From Actinomycetota bacterium (GTDB lineage: Bacteria; Actinomycetota; Actinomycetes; S36-B12), in assembly GCA_016870195.1 (NCBI GenBank), contig VGCC01000008.1, forward strand, positions 1,449 to 65,448: a stretch of DNA of 64,000 bases. The letters are read 5' to 3'. Of this stretch, positions 40,229 to 49,635 are shown piece by piece. Numbering within the stretch: the stretch's first letter is position 1; every line of letters starts with the position of its first letter. The notes beneath the pieces were generated by a model, which was not told where the DNA came from, ran no database searches, and saw nothing but the letters and a program-made list of their open reading frames with translations. A program made the translations under genes and the position numbers.

Positions 40229-40447
40229 ATGACGGTTCCCGGTCCTGAGTCAGAACCGCTGCTCACGCCCGCGGAGGTGGCGGCGCTCTTCCGCGTCGAC
40301 CCCAAGACGGTCACCCGCTGGGCCAAGGCCGGCAAGCTGACCAGCATCCGGACCCTCGGTGGCCATCGCCGTTACCGGGCGAGCGAGGTGCATGCCCTGC
40401 TCGACGCACATGCGCCGCAGGGACCCACGTTCCAGACCCGTCCATGA
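40229..40447 (+). CDS. bldC: BldC-family MerR-like/excisionase-type DNA-binding protein
   Basis: ATG at 40229 with GGGGAGGTGG upstream. EPLLTPAEVAALFRVDPKTVTRWAKAGKLTSIRTLGGHRRYRASEV is nearly identical to the Streptomyces BldC core as I remember it. Confidence 0.85.
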   Translation: MTVPGPESEPLLTPAEVAALFRVDPKTVTRWAKAGKLTSIRTLGGHRRYRASEVHALLDAHAPQGPTFQTRP

Positions 40448-40489
40448 CATCCCCGGACACGCACATCCGGAACGACCGGGATCGCGCCG

Positions 40490-41227
40490 ATGGCTGAACC
40501 CCTCTATCGGGGGATCGTCTGGTCGTTCAAGGGAGTGTTCCGCGCCCTCGGCATGAGGTTGTCCGTGGTCGGTGAGGAGAACATCCCCGAAGTGGGCGGC
40601 GCGATCATCGCGATCAACCACACGAGTTATCTCGACTTCGCCCTCGCCGGTGTGCCCGCGGATATGCGTGGGCGTCGCTTCGTGCGGTTCATGGCCAAGG
40701 ATTCGATCTTCCGGCACCCGGTGGCAGGACCACTCATGCGTGGGATGAAACACATCCCCGTGGATCGGAGTTCGGGTTTGGCGGCGTACCGCGACGCCGT
40801 GACGGCCGCGAAGGACGGCGAGCTGATCGGCGTATTCCCCGAGGCGACGATGAGCCGCTCCTTCGAGATCAAGGAGATCAAGAATGGTGCTGCGCGCATG
40901 GCCCGCGCTGCCCATGTGCCGTTGATTCCGATGATCGTGTTCGGGAGTCACCGAGTGTTGTCCTACAACGTGCGGAACTTCTCGCGTGGCGTCCCCGTGT
41001 TGATCGAAGTGGGCGAACCGATTCCCACAGATGGGGATCCCGAGGAATTGACTCAGGTTCTCCATGACAGACTCACGGCGCTGCTCGATCGGGTGATCGA
41101 TCGATACCCCGGCAAGGTTGCAGGTGCTCCGTGGCTGCCCGCGCGCTGGGGCGGGGGTGCGCCGACCCTCGAGGAAGCACGTGAGATCGAGGAAAGACGA
41201 CGTAGGGAGAGGGATGAGCGACGCTGA
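40490..41227 (+). CDS. 1-acyl-sn-glycerol-3-phosphate acyltransferase (PlsC family)
   Basis: HX4D motif NHTSYLD and FPEATMS block. 245 aa with a basic C-terminal tail. Confidence 0.85.
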   Translation: MAEPLYRGIVWSFKGVFRALGMRLSVVGEENIPEVGGAIIAINHTSYLDFALAGVPADMRGRRFVRFMAKDSIFRHPVAGPLMRGMKHIPVDRSSGLAAYRDAVTAAKDGELIGVFPEATMSRSFEIKEIKNGAARMARAAHVPLIPMIVFGSHRVLSYNVRNFSRGVPVLIEVGEPIPTDGDPEELTQVLHDRLTALLDRVIDRYPGKVAGAPWLPARWGGGAPTLEEAREIEERRRRERDERR

Positions 41228-42845
41228 CGATCTGACGATCGCGCGCCATCTCGTCCATCGGCTTCAGGGGCTCCACGTCACCGAGGGCTTCGGGATCGTC
41301 GGTGACTTCGTCCTCAAGTTCGTCGGAGCGGTCGAGGCCGAAAGTTTCCCCATCTTGACCACCGCGGATGAACAGGGTGCGGGATTCGCTGCCGACGCCT
41401 ACGCCCGGGTTCGCGGATTCGGTGTCGCTTTTTGCACCTACGGAGTAGGCGGACTGAAACTGGCCAACGCGGCCGCGGGCGCCTGGGCGGAACAGGTGCC
41501 ATTGCTGATCGTCAGCGGCGCGCCGGGTGTGGCCGAGCGCGAACGTGATCCGATGCTGGACCACCGGGTGAAGGATTTCGACGCCCAACTGCGGGTCTTC
41601 CAGGACCTCACCTGCGCCCAAGCGGTGCTCACAAGCACGCACTCGGCGGCCGATGAGATCGATCGGGTGATCTCCCATATGTTGGCCGAGCAGCGTCCGG
41701 GCTACATCGAGGTCCCCCGCGACATGGTCGGTCGCAGCATCGAAGCCCCCGACGGCGGATTGGATCCGCACCTTCCGCCCGTGGATCGCGAGTCCCTCGA
41801 GCATGCACTGGCGGACGTCCTCGATCACCTGCGGCAGGCCCGCACGGCCGCCATCCACGCGGGTGCGATGGTCGATCGTCGCAACGTCGGCGATGCCCTG
41901 TTCCGCGTGGCGACGCAGGCGGGAATACCGGTGGCCACCAGTTCGCTCGGTCGGGGTGTCTTCCCCGAACGGCACGACCTCGGTTTGGGCGTCTACCTGG
42001 GTGCGCTGAGTCCCGAACGCATCGTCCGTCGAGTCGAGGACGCGGATGTGCTGCTCAGTTTCGGGGTCCTTCAGACGGATCTGACCCTGGGTGCCTTCAC
42101 CGCGCACATCGATCACGAGAAATACATTCTCGCGACGGACACGGATGTCACCGTCGGCTACCGCACCTATCGCGAGGTTCCCCTCTGGGCTTTCCTGCCT
42201 GCGCTTGCGGATGCACTCGCAGGGGAATCACTCACCATCGAGCACACTCCCTTCGAGACCCATGAACCCTTCGTCCCCTCGGACGAGCCGGTCACCGTCT
42301 CCGATGTTGTGCACGGGATCGAGGTGCACCTCGACGAGCGTCACTCACTGCTGCTCGATCCGGGCGAAGCGCTCTTCTCCGCTGTTGACATGCGAGTTCC
42401 GACCTACGCGCACGCGAGTGCCTACTACGCCACGATGGGCTACGCCGTTCCCGGTGCCCTCGGTGTGGGGAAGGCCGATCCGCAGCGGCGACCCGTCGTG
42501 GTCGTCGGCGATGGGGCCTTCATCATGACTGCGCTGGAGGCGGCCACGTGCGCCTTCCACCAGGTGCCTGCCATCGTGATCGTCTTGGACAACTCCGGGT
42601 ACGGGACGCAGCGGCCGATCCTGGACGGGCCGTTCAACGACATCCCGCCCATCGCCGCGGATCGGCTCATCGAGGCATTCGGCACTGGGCGGGGCTTCGA
42701 CGTGACCACGCGTGCGCAGTTGCATGCCGCTCTGAATGAGGCTGTCGACCACGACGGCCTCTGCATCATCCGGGTGCATATCCCCCGTGATGCACGCAGT
42801 GCCGCCCTCGAGCGCCTTGGCGAGGCATTGCGCGCACGTGCTTAG
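41214..42845 (+). CDS. thiamine-diphosphate-dependent alpha-keto-acid decarboxylase (IpdC/PDC family)
   Basis: ATG at 41214 (MSDADDLTIARHLV). TPP motif VVVGDGAFIMTALE...VLDNSGYG. Overlaps the plsC-like 3' end by 14 nt. Confidence 0.85.
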   Translation: MSDADDLTIARHLVHRLQGLHVTEGFGIVGDFVLKFVGAVEAESFPILTTADEQGAGFAADAYARVRGFGVAFCTYGVGGLKLANAAAGAWAEQVPLLIVSGAPGVAERERDPMLDHRVKDFDAQLRVFQDLTCAQAVLTSTHSAADEIDRVISHMLAEQRPGYIEVPRDMVGRSIEAPDGGLDPHLPPVDRESLEHALADVLDHLRQARTAAIHAGAMVDRRNVGDALFRVATQAGIPVATSSLGRGVFPERHDLGLGVYLGALSPERIVRRVEDADVLLSFGVLQTDLTLGAFTAHIDHEKYILATDTDVTVGYRTYREVPLWAFLPALADALAGESLTIEHTPFETHEPFVPSDEPVTVSDVVHGIEVHLDERHSLLLDPGEALFSAVDMRVPTYAHASAYYATMGYAVPGALGVGKADPQRRPVVVVGDGAFIMTALEAATCAFHQVPAIVIVLDNSGYGTQRPILDGPFNDIPPIAADRLIEAFGTGRGFDVTTRAQLHAALNEAVDHDGLCIIRVHIPRDARSAALERLGEALRARA

Positions 42846-43108
42846 GCCGGCTCCTCGGGGGGCTTGCGGCGCACGATGCGCCAGGCCTCCTTGCCACCCT
42901 TCTTGACCTTGTGCATGAGCACTTCCGCCCAGACGAATTCCGTTGCCAACACGGCCAGGCCCAAGACGATGAAGGCTATGCCCGGACCGGGGAGAACCAG
43001 CATCACGATTCCCGTGATGATCAGCACCCCGCCGACGATGGCGACGCCGACCCATCGGATGGGGTGGGGGAGCTTCTTCCAGCCCCCGAGTATGGAATCT
43101 CGATCCAC
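42842..43108 (-). CDS. PGPGW-domain small membrane protein
   Basis: 88 aa containing VLPGPGIAFIVLGLAVLATEFVWA. Confidence 0.7.
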   Translation of the reverse strand: MDRDSILGGWKKLPHPIRWVGVAIVGGVLIITGIVMLVLPGPGIAFIVLGLAVLATEFVWAEVLMHKVKKGGKEAWRIVRRKPPEEPA

Positions 43109-43161
43109 GCTTCCAGAGTACGTGCGCTTTCGGTCGGCTGCGATGTCAGTGCTGTGTTTGG

Positions 43162-43341
43162 TTAGCTGCCGCGGAGTTTGCGAACGCCCGATATGAGGGC
43201 AGCCACCGATCCAACCAGGATGATGACGTCGAAAATCCCGAACTGACCCGCGGAGGCAGCGAGCCCGACGATGCCCAACCCGACGATGCCGACGCCCACG
43301 GAGACCCAGGGGGCCCAGGAGGGTTGCTCGCGAGGGGGCAT
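43162..43341 (-). CDS. 59-aa small membrane protein (below the ORF-track size cutoff)
   Basis: Hand translation gives MPPREQPSWAPWVSVGVGIVGLGIVGLAASAGQFGIFDVIILVGSVAALISGVRKLRGS, two hydrophobic helices. ATG at 43341, TAA at 43162. The listed ORF 43146..43592 is an Arg/Pro-rich shadow in a different frame. Confidence 0.45.
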   Translation of the reverse strand: MPPREQPSWAPWVSVGVGIVGLGIVGLAASAGQFGIFDVIILVGSVAALISGVRKLRGS

Positions 43342-43390
43342 GCTGTCACCCTAGGCGAGCCACCGCGGGCCGGCGACGACAGGGAGATCC

Positions 43391-43567
43391 ATGGACGAGG
43401 CGCAGAAGAAGAAGGATGAGCACGACACCGCGCAGGTGGGCGAGGACGTGGCCAAGGGGCTTGGTGCGGCGGCCGATGTGCTCGTCCATGGAATCGCCGG
43501 GGCCGCATCAGGGATCGCCGCGGGTGTCGACGCTGTGCACGATTCGCAGGAGAAGCCTGATCGATGA
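43391..43567 (+). CDS. 58-aa small Ala/Gly-rich protein (below the ORF-track size cutoff)
   Basis: Hand translation gives MDEAQKKKDEHDTAQVGEDVAKGLGAAADVLVHGIAGAASGIAAGVDAVHDSQEKPDR. AGGGAG lies 5 nt upstream. The stop overlaps the next gene's ATG (ATGA at 43564..43567). Confidence 0.4.
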   Translation: MDEAQKKKDEHDTAQVGEDVAKGLGAAADVLVHGIAGAASGIAAGVDAVHDSQEKPDR

Positions 43568-43923
43568 CCGGTCTGTTCGCGACCCTGATCATCGTGGTGT
43601 CGCTGGTGATCGCGGTCTGGTCGGCGGTTCACCTGCTCATCAACAGACCCATATCGCGCTATCTCCGAGCCTCCCTGCTCGTGCTCACGGCACTGTTCGT
43701 GATCTTCGCGATCGGGGGCATCGTTCAGATGGCGATGAGTGATCGCGATTTTGCGCGCCTAGAGTTCATTGGCTACCTAGTCCTCAGCCCGGTGATTCCG
43801 CTGGGTGCGTGGTGGTGGGTTCGTGGAGATACCAGCCGTGCCGGGTCGGCGATCCTTCTCGTCGTCGCCCTGGTGATGCCCGTACTCGTGATCCGCATCC
43901 AACAGGTGTGGGCCGGTGTCTGA
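43564..43923 (+). CDS. hypothetical membrane protein
   Basis: 119 aa, four hydrophobic helices, coupled to both flanking ORFs. Confidence 0.6.
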   Translation: MTGLFATLIIVVSLVIAVWSAVHLLINRPISRYLRASLLVLTALFVIFAIGGIVQMAMSDRDFARLEFIGYLVLSPVIPLGAWWWVRGDTSRAGSAILLVVALVMPVLVIRIQQVWAGV

Positions 43924-44302
43924 GGTCAACCGCGGCTTCGGCCGCGTCCTCGTGGTGATTTACGCGATCTTCGCGATCGCGGCGACAGCGCGTTCCGTCG
44001 TGCAACTCGCCACACGTTTTTCCGAGGCTCCCGTTGCCTATCTTCTTTCAGCAGGGGCGGCCATCGTCTACATCGTCGCGGCGATCGCCTTGGCGCGAGG
44101 CGACCGCACGTCACGGCGCGTGGCAACGGCCGCGATCACCGTGGAGTTGATCGGCGTCATCGTTGTCGGCGCCATCAGCCTGATCCTCCCGGAGTATTTT
44201 CCGCGCGCCACGGTGTGGTCGGCGTTCGGCCGGGGTTATCTCTTCATTCCCCTGGTGCTGCCCGTAATTGGGCTGTGGTGGCTCAGGCGTTCGCGGGATT
44301 AG
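43916..44302 (+). CDS. hypothetical membrane protein
   Basis: 128 aa, four hydrophobic helices. Overlaps the previous gene by 8 nt. Confidence 0.6.
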   Translation: MSEVNRGFGRVLVVIYAIFAIAATARSVVQLATRFSEAPVAYLLSAGAAIVYIVAAIALARGDRTSRRVATAAITVELIGVIVVGAISLILPEYFPRATVWSAFGRGYLFIPLVLPVIGLWWLRRSRD

Positions 44303-44392
44303 TTCAGTTCGCGAAGTTGCCGAAAAGGTCGGCGAGGGAGCTCGCGGCAGGGCCCATGACGCTGGTGAAGATTCATCGACTCGGCTCCAGGG

Positions 44393-44887
44393 CTACACCT
44401 CGACGTCTGGAGTTGCCTCCGCAAGCGTCGCCCCGTCGATGCGCCAGCCCTCGGACTGGCGGATCACTCGGTAGCGCAGGTCGATACTCGCATCGACGCG
44501 GACGACCATCTGGGCGAGATCATCGATCTGTTCACACTCGCGGAATTCAAGCCCAGGATCCTCGAGAAGGAAGTCGTATTGGGCCTCGATGATCTGCTGG
44601 AACTGCTGTGCATCCACGGTGGACTGGAAGCCGTCGCTGGCGAACGCCCGTGCACCGGCAAAATCTCCCTGGGCGAATTCGGCCTGCTGGGATCGGATGG
44701 TGTCCTCGATACCGGCTGTTGCCTCGCCGGTGCATGGACCGGGAATCTGCGGGGAGCGCGGAGATTCCGGGGCGGTCCGTGTGGGGGAGGGGCTCGCCGA
44801 CTCGACAGCGGGTGCGGATGCCGGATCAGGACTGGACGCGCAGGACGTCAGAGCGCAGCACACCACCACAATCGGCACCCAACGCAC
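44393..44887 (-). CDS. DUF4864-like lipoprotein
   Basis: Lipobox ALTSCAS after a hydrophobic signal. A core FAQGDFAGARAFASDGFQSTVDAQQFQQIIE resembles the DUF4864 (SnoaL-like fold) family. Confidence 0.65.
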   Translation of the reverse strand: MRWVPIVVVCCALTSCASSPDPASAPAVESASPSPTRTAPESPRSPQIPGPCTGEATAGIEDTIRSQQAEFAQGDFAGARAFASDGFQSTVDAQQFQQIIEAQYDFLLEDPGLEFRECEQIDDLAQMVVRVDASIDLRYRVIRQSEGWRIDGATLAEATPDVEV

Positions 44888-44923
44888 ACCTGCAGGCTAG
44901 ACCGAACCGTCACACCCGCAACT

Positions 44924-45310
44924 TCATGAGTTGTCGTTGCGCCCCAGCACCTGGAAGAAGATGCCGCCGATGAGTGCCGCGATGACTGCGTAGAGCAGTC
45001 CGCTCCCGATCGCCTCGCCGTTCAAGGATCCCGAGATGGCGTTCATCAACAGCCAGATCACGTAGAAGATGATCGCGACGAGAATGGCCTCGCCCCACCA
45101 CTTGGCCGGGAGTCGGGGACCGATCCAGGACATCGCGAGTCCGTAGATCACCGTCGACGCGGATGCGGCGAAGAGCGCGTAGTTCTGCTCACCCTCGGGT
45201 CCCTCACTCAACAGTTCGACTAGGCCTCCCACTGTCGAGAAGATGAGGAAGAAGGCGAACATCGAGATCGGGATCGAAACTGACCGAGGGATCAAGGGTG
45301 GGTTGGACAT
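44924..45310 (-). CDS. hypothetical membrane protein
   Basis: 128 aa, four hydrophobic helices. Confidence 0.6.
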   Translation of the reverse strand: MSNPPLIPRSVSIPISMFAFFLIFSTVGGLVELLSEGPEGEQNYALFAASASTVIYGLAMSWIGPRLPAKWWGEAILVAIIFYVIWLLMNAISGSLNGEAIGSGLLYAVIAALIGGIFFQVLGRNDNS

Positions 45311-45400
45311 GGGTCCTCCAGTTCAGGCGAATGACCGCTGCGCTCTCGAATGTAGACCCGAATGTGCGCCCGATTCGTGATTGGGCACGGCGTGCCGCAA

Positions 45401-45883
45401 CTACTCCGGCAGGACAATGCGGAAAGTATGCGTCCACCCGGCTGAACCCATGTTCACCGATACGACCTGTCCACGTGCTCCGAAGTACTCGCCCGATCCC
45501 CCGATGACGGGCCGCACCGTGCGCTGGCCAGGAGCCAATGTGGCGCCCGCCGGGGGATAGAGGGAGATGCCTCCGACCACGAGCTGGTTCGCCTCCTCGC
45601 CGAAGACGAACGTGAGGTTCGAACCACGCACCTCGAGGCCACCGCTCACGTTCTCGGCGAAGGTAGTGAGGGTGCCGGTGAGGTATTGGCCGTCTGCGGC
45701 CTTCCCGTCGACCGCGATCGGGATGAAGAACGTACGCACCGCTCCCACACCGCTTCCTGTGGTGCTGATCGGTGTCGCCGCCTGGTGGTAGACGCGCACC
45801 ACTTCAGTGGTGTCCGCGTGCGCAGGGGCGGTGGTGAGTGCGGTGAAAGCAAACAAGACGGCTATGAGTTTCGCGATGCGCAT
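45401..45883 (-). CDS. secreted hypothetical protein (beta-rich, dirigent/AOC-barrel-like guess)
   Basis: Signal peptide MRIAKLIAVLFAFTALTTAPAHA|DT. 160 aa. The family guess is weak. Confidence 0.6.
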   Translation of the reverse strand: MRIAKLIAVLFAFTALTTAPAHADTTEVVRVYHQAATPISTTGSGVGAVRTFFIPIAVDGKAADGQYLTGTLTTFAENVSGGLEVRGSNLTFVFGEEANQLVVGGISLYPPAGATLAPGQRTVRPVIGGSGEYFGARGQVVSVNMGSAGWTHTFRIVLPE

Positions 45884-46133
45884 GCACCAACCCTAGGAGG
45901 CGGCGGGAAGCCGCCAATAGTTGTACCCATGATCCATGCTCGTCGCGAGGTCAGCCGTGATCACTCCGATCGCCGGGTCGGGATCGTTCCCCCGAAGCAC
46001 TGGAGTGTTCCCCGACCACCAGACGTATCCTGCTCTCAGCCGCACCCACTGTGGTGCCTGGCAACCCGATGGAAAACCCTGATACCTGAGACAAGGTTTA
46101 CCGCCGCGGCGGTGGCTGACCCGGTGGACCGTC

Positions 46134-46316
46134 TCAGCCTTGGCGCCGCACCGTGCGCGACGCTGCGGCCGCAGGCGGTTTCGTTGTCTTTCCGTGCTTC
46201 TCCATGGCGGAGGAGAAGGCGCGGTTAGATAACCTACCTGGGGCGGCTGGACCGAAAGGCCCCGAAAGCCCGTGCCACAGTCCCAAGCCGCAGCGGCTTG
46301 CTTCTTTGATCAACAC
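46134..46316 (-). pseudogene. possible C-terminal remnant of the sarcosine-oxidase-family gene whose 5' part lies at 51420..52049
   Basis: The frame reads ...GLGLWHGLSGPFGPAAPGRLSNRAF... and the stop follows about 30 codons later. It resembles the C-terminal G(F/L)SGHGFKFAPxxGxxLA FAD motif of MSOX/MTOX-type oxidases, with a small deletion. Same strand as the 5' fragment. Weak motif-level evidence only. Confidence 0.25.
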
Positions 46317-46352
46317 AAACCAACAGCACGGCTGCCTTTGGTAATATTATCC

Positions 46353-47180
46353 ATGACTTCCACCATCATGGGTGATCAGGTTCAGCGGGATCAGATGCGA
46401 ATAGCGCGTATGGCCTGGGGTATTCGCCGCCATGCATTCGATGTCACAGTCCGCGCCAACGGCTGCTACCTGGGTCAGGCGCTATCCGCAGCGGAGTTAT
46501 TCGCCGCGATTCACACCGTCGGCCTCGATCGATCGCGCGGGGACATGTTCGTGCTGAGTCCCGCGCACTACTCCATCGCCGTCTACGCGACGCTGGTTGA
46601 ACTTGGCGAGCTCCCCGTGGCTGCACTTGAGGAGTTCGGCAAGGACGGGTCGCCGATCGAGATGATCGGTGGCCATGATTCACCTGGGATGGAGTTCACT
46701 ACCGGTTCCCTGGCGCAGGGCCTCAGTCAAGGCATTGGTGTGGCCCTTGGGCGCCGACTGCGTGGCAACGCCGCACACGTCTGGGTGATGATCAGTGACG
46801 GTGAACTCGAGGAGGGCCAGACCTGGGAAGCCTTCATGTCATTGGCGCACTATGGACTGACAAATATCACGGTCTTCCTCGATAATAACGACAGTCAGGT
46901 TGACGGCTCGCCAACCAAAGTAATGGGGGTGGAACCGATCCACGACCGTATTGCGGCCTTCGGCCTGGATGTGCGCAGGATCGATGGCCACGACGTCAAG
47001 GCACTGATGGCCGCTATCCAGGATCCACCCGGCGCCACGGCACGAGTGGTGGTCTGCGATACCGATATTGCGCGGGGGATTCCCTGCTTAGCCAATCGTG
47101 AGCACCCGCATTGGATCAGGTTCCGACCGGGTGAGGCCGAGGTTGCGTTAGCGGAGTTGCTGGCTGGGGAGCCGGTGTGA
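46353..47180 (+). CDS. transketolase, N-terminal (TPP-binding) subunit
   Basis: GSLAQGLSQGIGVALG and ISDGELEEGQTWEA...FLDNN (TPP/Mg motif). About 275 aa, the typical length of split transketolase subunit A. ATG at 46353 is preferred over the ORF-track start at 46272. Confidence 0.9.
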   Translation: MTSTIMGDQVQRDQMRIARMAWGIRRHAFDVTVRANGCYLGQALSAAELFAAIHTVGLDRSRGDMFVLSPAHYSIAVYATLVELGELPVAALEEFGKDGSPIEMIGGHDSPGMEFTTGSLAQGLSQGIGVALGRRLRGNAAHVWVMISDGELEEGQTWEAFMSLAHYGLTNITVFLDNNDSQVDGSPTKVMGVEPIHDRIAAFGLDVRRIDGHDVKALMAAIQDPPGATARVVVCDTDIARGIPCLANREHPHWIRFRPGEAEVALAELLAGEPV

Positions 47181-48169
47181 TCGCTGTTCAGCAGGAGATC
47201 GTCATGGTGCCCTGCCCCTACGGCGAGGCCCTGGTCGACTACGGCCGCCGCCACCCGGACATGCTCTGCTTGTCCGGGGACCTTTCGTACTACACCGAGA
47301 CGGAGCCTTTCCGGGCCGAATTCCCCGGACGGTTCATCAACGTCGGTATGGCCGAGGCCAACCTCATGGGTATTGCTGCGGGTCTAACGCGCGAAGGGTG
47401 GCGACCCGTCGTGCACACCTTCGGCACCTTCGCCACCCGTCGCGCCTTGGATCAGGTGCACATGTCAATTGCCGTTGCCCGAGCACCGTTGCGGATCATG
47501 GGATTCCTCCCGGGATTGACCACGCAGGCCGGCGTGACGCACCAGGCAATCGACGATGTGGCCATCATGCGTGCGGTGCCGGGGATGATCATCCTTGACG
47601 TGGTGGATGCTGCCGAGATTGCCAGTGTTCATGATGCACTCAACGCAATCGACGGGCCGGCCTACGTGCGGATCGCCCGCGGCGAGGTACCGGTCCTAGC
47701 CGAGGGGCCCATGGTGGTGGGCAAGGCGCGAGTGCTCGGGACGGGTGATGACCTTTGCCTGATCAGTTCCTCGGTTGCTTCGACGGAGGCGGTCGATGCT
47801 GCCACGGCCCTGCGTCAGGCCGGTGTGAGCGTGCAGCACTTACACATCAACTCCATTCGGCCGCTAGATGGTGACGTGATTGCCAATGCCATTGCAAGCA
47901 CGAAAGCCACCGTGGTGGTTGAGAACCACCTGGTCACCGGTGGCCTGGGGTCGGCGGTCTGTGAACTCTTTGTGGATCGTGGGCTGGCGCGCCCGGTGGT
48001 GCGCCTCGGCCTGCAGGATTCTTACGGTGGGCCAGGGTCACTGCACTATTTGTTGACCAAGCACGGCATCGATGCGCAGTCGATCATTCGTGCCGCGGAG
48101 GGGGCGCTGGGGTTGGTACCGGGAATCCAGGTCGGTGCGCAGGCCAGTGCGCGGCGTAGTCTGTGGTGA
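47177..48169 (+). CDS. transketolase, C-terminal (pyrimidine-binding) subunit
   Basis: FINVGMAEANLMGIAAGL and HTFGTFATRRALDQV motifs. The GTG start overlaps the subunit-A stop (GTGA). Confidence 0.9.
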   Translation: MIAVQQEIVMVPCPYGEALVDYGRRHPDMLCLSGDLSYYTETEPFRAEFPGRFINVGMAEANLMGIAAGLTREGWRPVVHTFGTFATRRALDQVHMSIAVARAPLRIMGFLPGLTTQAGVTHQAIDDVAIMRAVPGMIILDVVDAAEIASVHDALNAIDGPAYVRIARGEVPVLAEGPMVVGKARVLGTGDDLCLISSSVASTEAVDAATALRQAGVSVQHLHINSIRPLDGDVIANAIASTKATVVVENHLVTGGLGSAVCELFVDRGLARPVVRLGLQDSYGGPGSLHYLLTKHGIDAQSIIRAAEGALGLVPGIQVGAQASARRSLW

Positions 48170-49176
48170 GCTTCAACACGGTCGATGCGGTGACCGTCTA
48201 CCCGCGAACCGATGGTCCCGGCGGTGACGTGCGCTGTGAGAAGACGCAGGTGGGCCAGCCGGAGCCGGGCTGGCTTCGGGTGGCACCCAGTTTTGTCGGC
48301 CTTTGTGGGTCTGACCTCGATCAGCTCGCCGGGAACGTCGATCCGAACTTCCCGGTGCACTACCCCTATGTATTAGGCCACGAGTGGTGTGGTGTCGTTG
48401 AGTCGGCCGGTGATGGCGTTCAGTTGCGCCCCGGTGACCTGGTGGCTGGTTACGCCTACCGCCCCGGATGTCGCAATCGTGGCGCGATGGCCGATCTGTT
48501 CCTGGCACATGCGCAGATGTGCTTTCTCATCCCCGAGGGCGTCACTGCGCGTCGGGGTGCCTTACTGGAGCCGCTGGCCTGCGTGCTGCAGGGGCTGCGG
48601 TCCATCGGCGGTACCGATGGCGGCGACCAGGTCGTGGTGCTGGGTTGTGGGGCACTTGGACTGGCCATGGTTGGGCTTGCTGCGATAACCGGCGCACGGG
48701 TGATGGCCGTCGACCGTAGTCAGGTACGACTGGATCTCGCCCATCGCTTGGGCGCGTCCGCGGTGCTCAATACTCAGGACTGTGCAGATGTGGCTGACTT
48801 GACTGCTGCAATCTTGGATCAGATCACCGGGCGTGGGGCTGATCTGGTGGTCGAGTGCACGGGTGCGCCGATGCTGCAGTCCGGCTCGGTTGCAGTTGCG
48901 GCGACAGGTGGCCGAGTCCTGTTCCTGGGCCTGGCCCACGCGGCTGCGCCGCAGGTGCCCCTCTTTCAGATTCAGCGCCGTGGACTTCGTCTACAGGCCT
49001 CTACCGCGGCGGAGGAACCTGCCTGGCTGGCCGCCATTCGCCTCCTCGCCGCGACCGACCTCGACCTGACACCGATCATCTCCGATGTCTTCAGTTTCCA
49101 AGACTGCGCTGCGGCCGTTGCTGCGGCCAATGATCCTGGCGCGCATGCGAAGGTGATGCTGCAACCCACCAGTTGA
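48163..49176 (+). CDS. zinc-dependent medium-chain alcohol/polyol dehydrogenase
   Basis: Zn-ligand contexts GLCGSDLD and GHEWCGVVESAG, plus a Rossmann motif VVLGCGALGLAMVG. Overlaps the upstream stop. Confidence 0.85.
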   Translation: MVSFNTVDAVTVYPRTDGPGGDVRCEKTQVGQPEPGWLRVAPSFVGLCGSDLDQLAGNVDPNFPVHYPYVLGHEWCGVVESAGDGVQLRPGDLVAGYAYRPGCRNRGAMADLFLAHAQMCFLIPEGVTARRGALLEPLACVLQGLRSIGGTDGGDQVVVLGCGALGLAMVGLAAITGARVMAVDRSQVRLDLAHRLGASAVLNTQDCADVADLTAAILDQITGRGADLVVECTGAPMLQSGSVAVAATGGRVLFLGLAHAAAPQVPLFQIQRRGLRLQASTAAEEPAWLAAIRLLAATDLDLTPIISDVFSFQDCAAAVAAANDPGAHAKVMLQPTS

Positions 49177-49635
49177 CCTGGATGCCGGGGCCTGGGTATG
49201 ACGGATCCGCTCTTCACCTCGCGCCACGCCGCCAACCTCGATGACGTCGTCACTAGTTGCGTACCAGTTGGTCCAGCGGGGTCGAGAATCCGCGGGCCAG
49301 ATATCGATGCCATGGAGGGGGGTCAATGGCACAAGTTTGGCCGGTCACGTCCCACCGCGTGGTCTAATTCGGGCTGTTCGTGATCGGCTTCGCGTTGGTA
49401 TTGGCCATATCTTGATGTGTTGAGTTTGGGGATGGCGACATCCTTGCCGTGATCGGTGGGCGGGGCGTTGATTTAGGCCGTGGATCCCTCGTTCAGGTAG
49501 CGGCGGTGGGAGACCTGCCTTTAGTAGTGGGAGGTGTTTATGCTGCTCCAATCCCCTTCTGGGGGGAGGATTATTTTGCCTAGAACCCAGACACACGACC
49601 ATCTAGGGGCACGAGGCCAGCCACGCAAACCGTCC

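Noticed and set aside
43146-43592. 148-aa minus-strand ORF from the track.
   Set aside because: It is Arg/Pro/Ser-rich and non-protein-like. The same DNA is better explained by a 59-aa membrane protein in another minus frame and a 58-aa plus-strand ORF.
44303-44392. Tiny minus-strand ORF (MGPAASSLADLFGNFAN, 16 aa) and a 5-bp hairpin between two convergent genes.
   Set aside because: There is no SD and it is too short. The hairpin is weak (GCCGA-aaagg-TCGGC). This is most simply a plain convergent intergenic region.
45884-46352. Possible TPP (THI-box) or other riboswitch before the transketolase genes. The region contains CCTGATACCTGAGACA.
   Set aside because: The CTGAGA and ACCTGAT-like elements are in the wrong order and spacing, and the conserved GGATAATGCC-type 3' half is absent. 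I could not fold a convincing aptamer by eye. A covariance-model scan would be needed to be sure.
49198-49602. Listed ORFs in the intra-cassette gap (49198..49383 +, 49241..49423 +, 48991..49332 -, 49345..49602 -), considered as integrase or transposase relics.
   Set aside because: I recognise no DDE, tyrosine- or serine-recombinase motifs. The sequences are Arg/Pro-rich or overlap the ADH 3' end. A relic cannot be excluded without tBLASTx.
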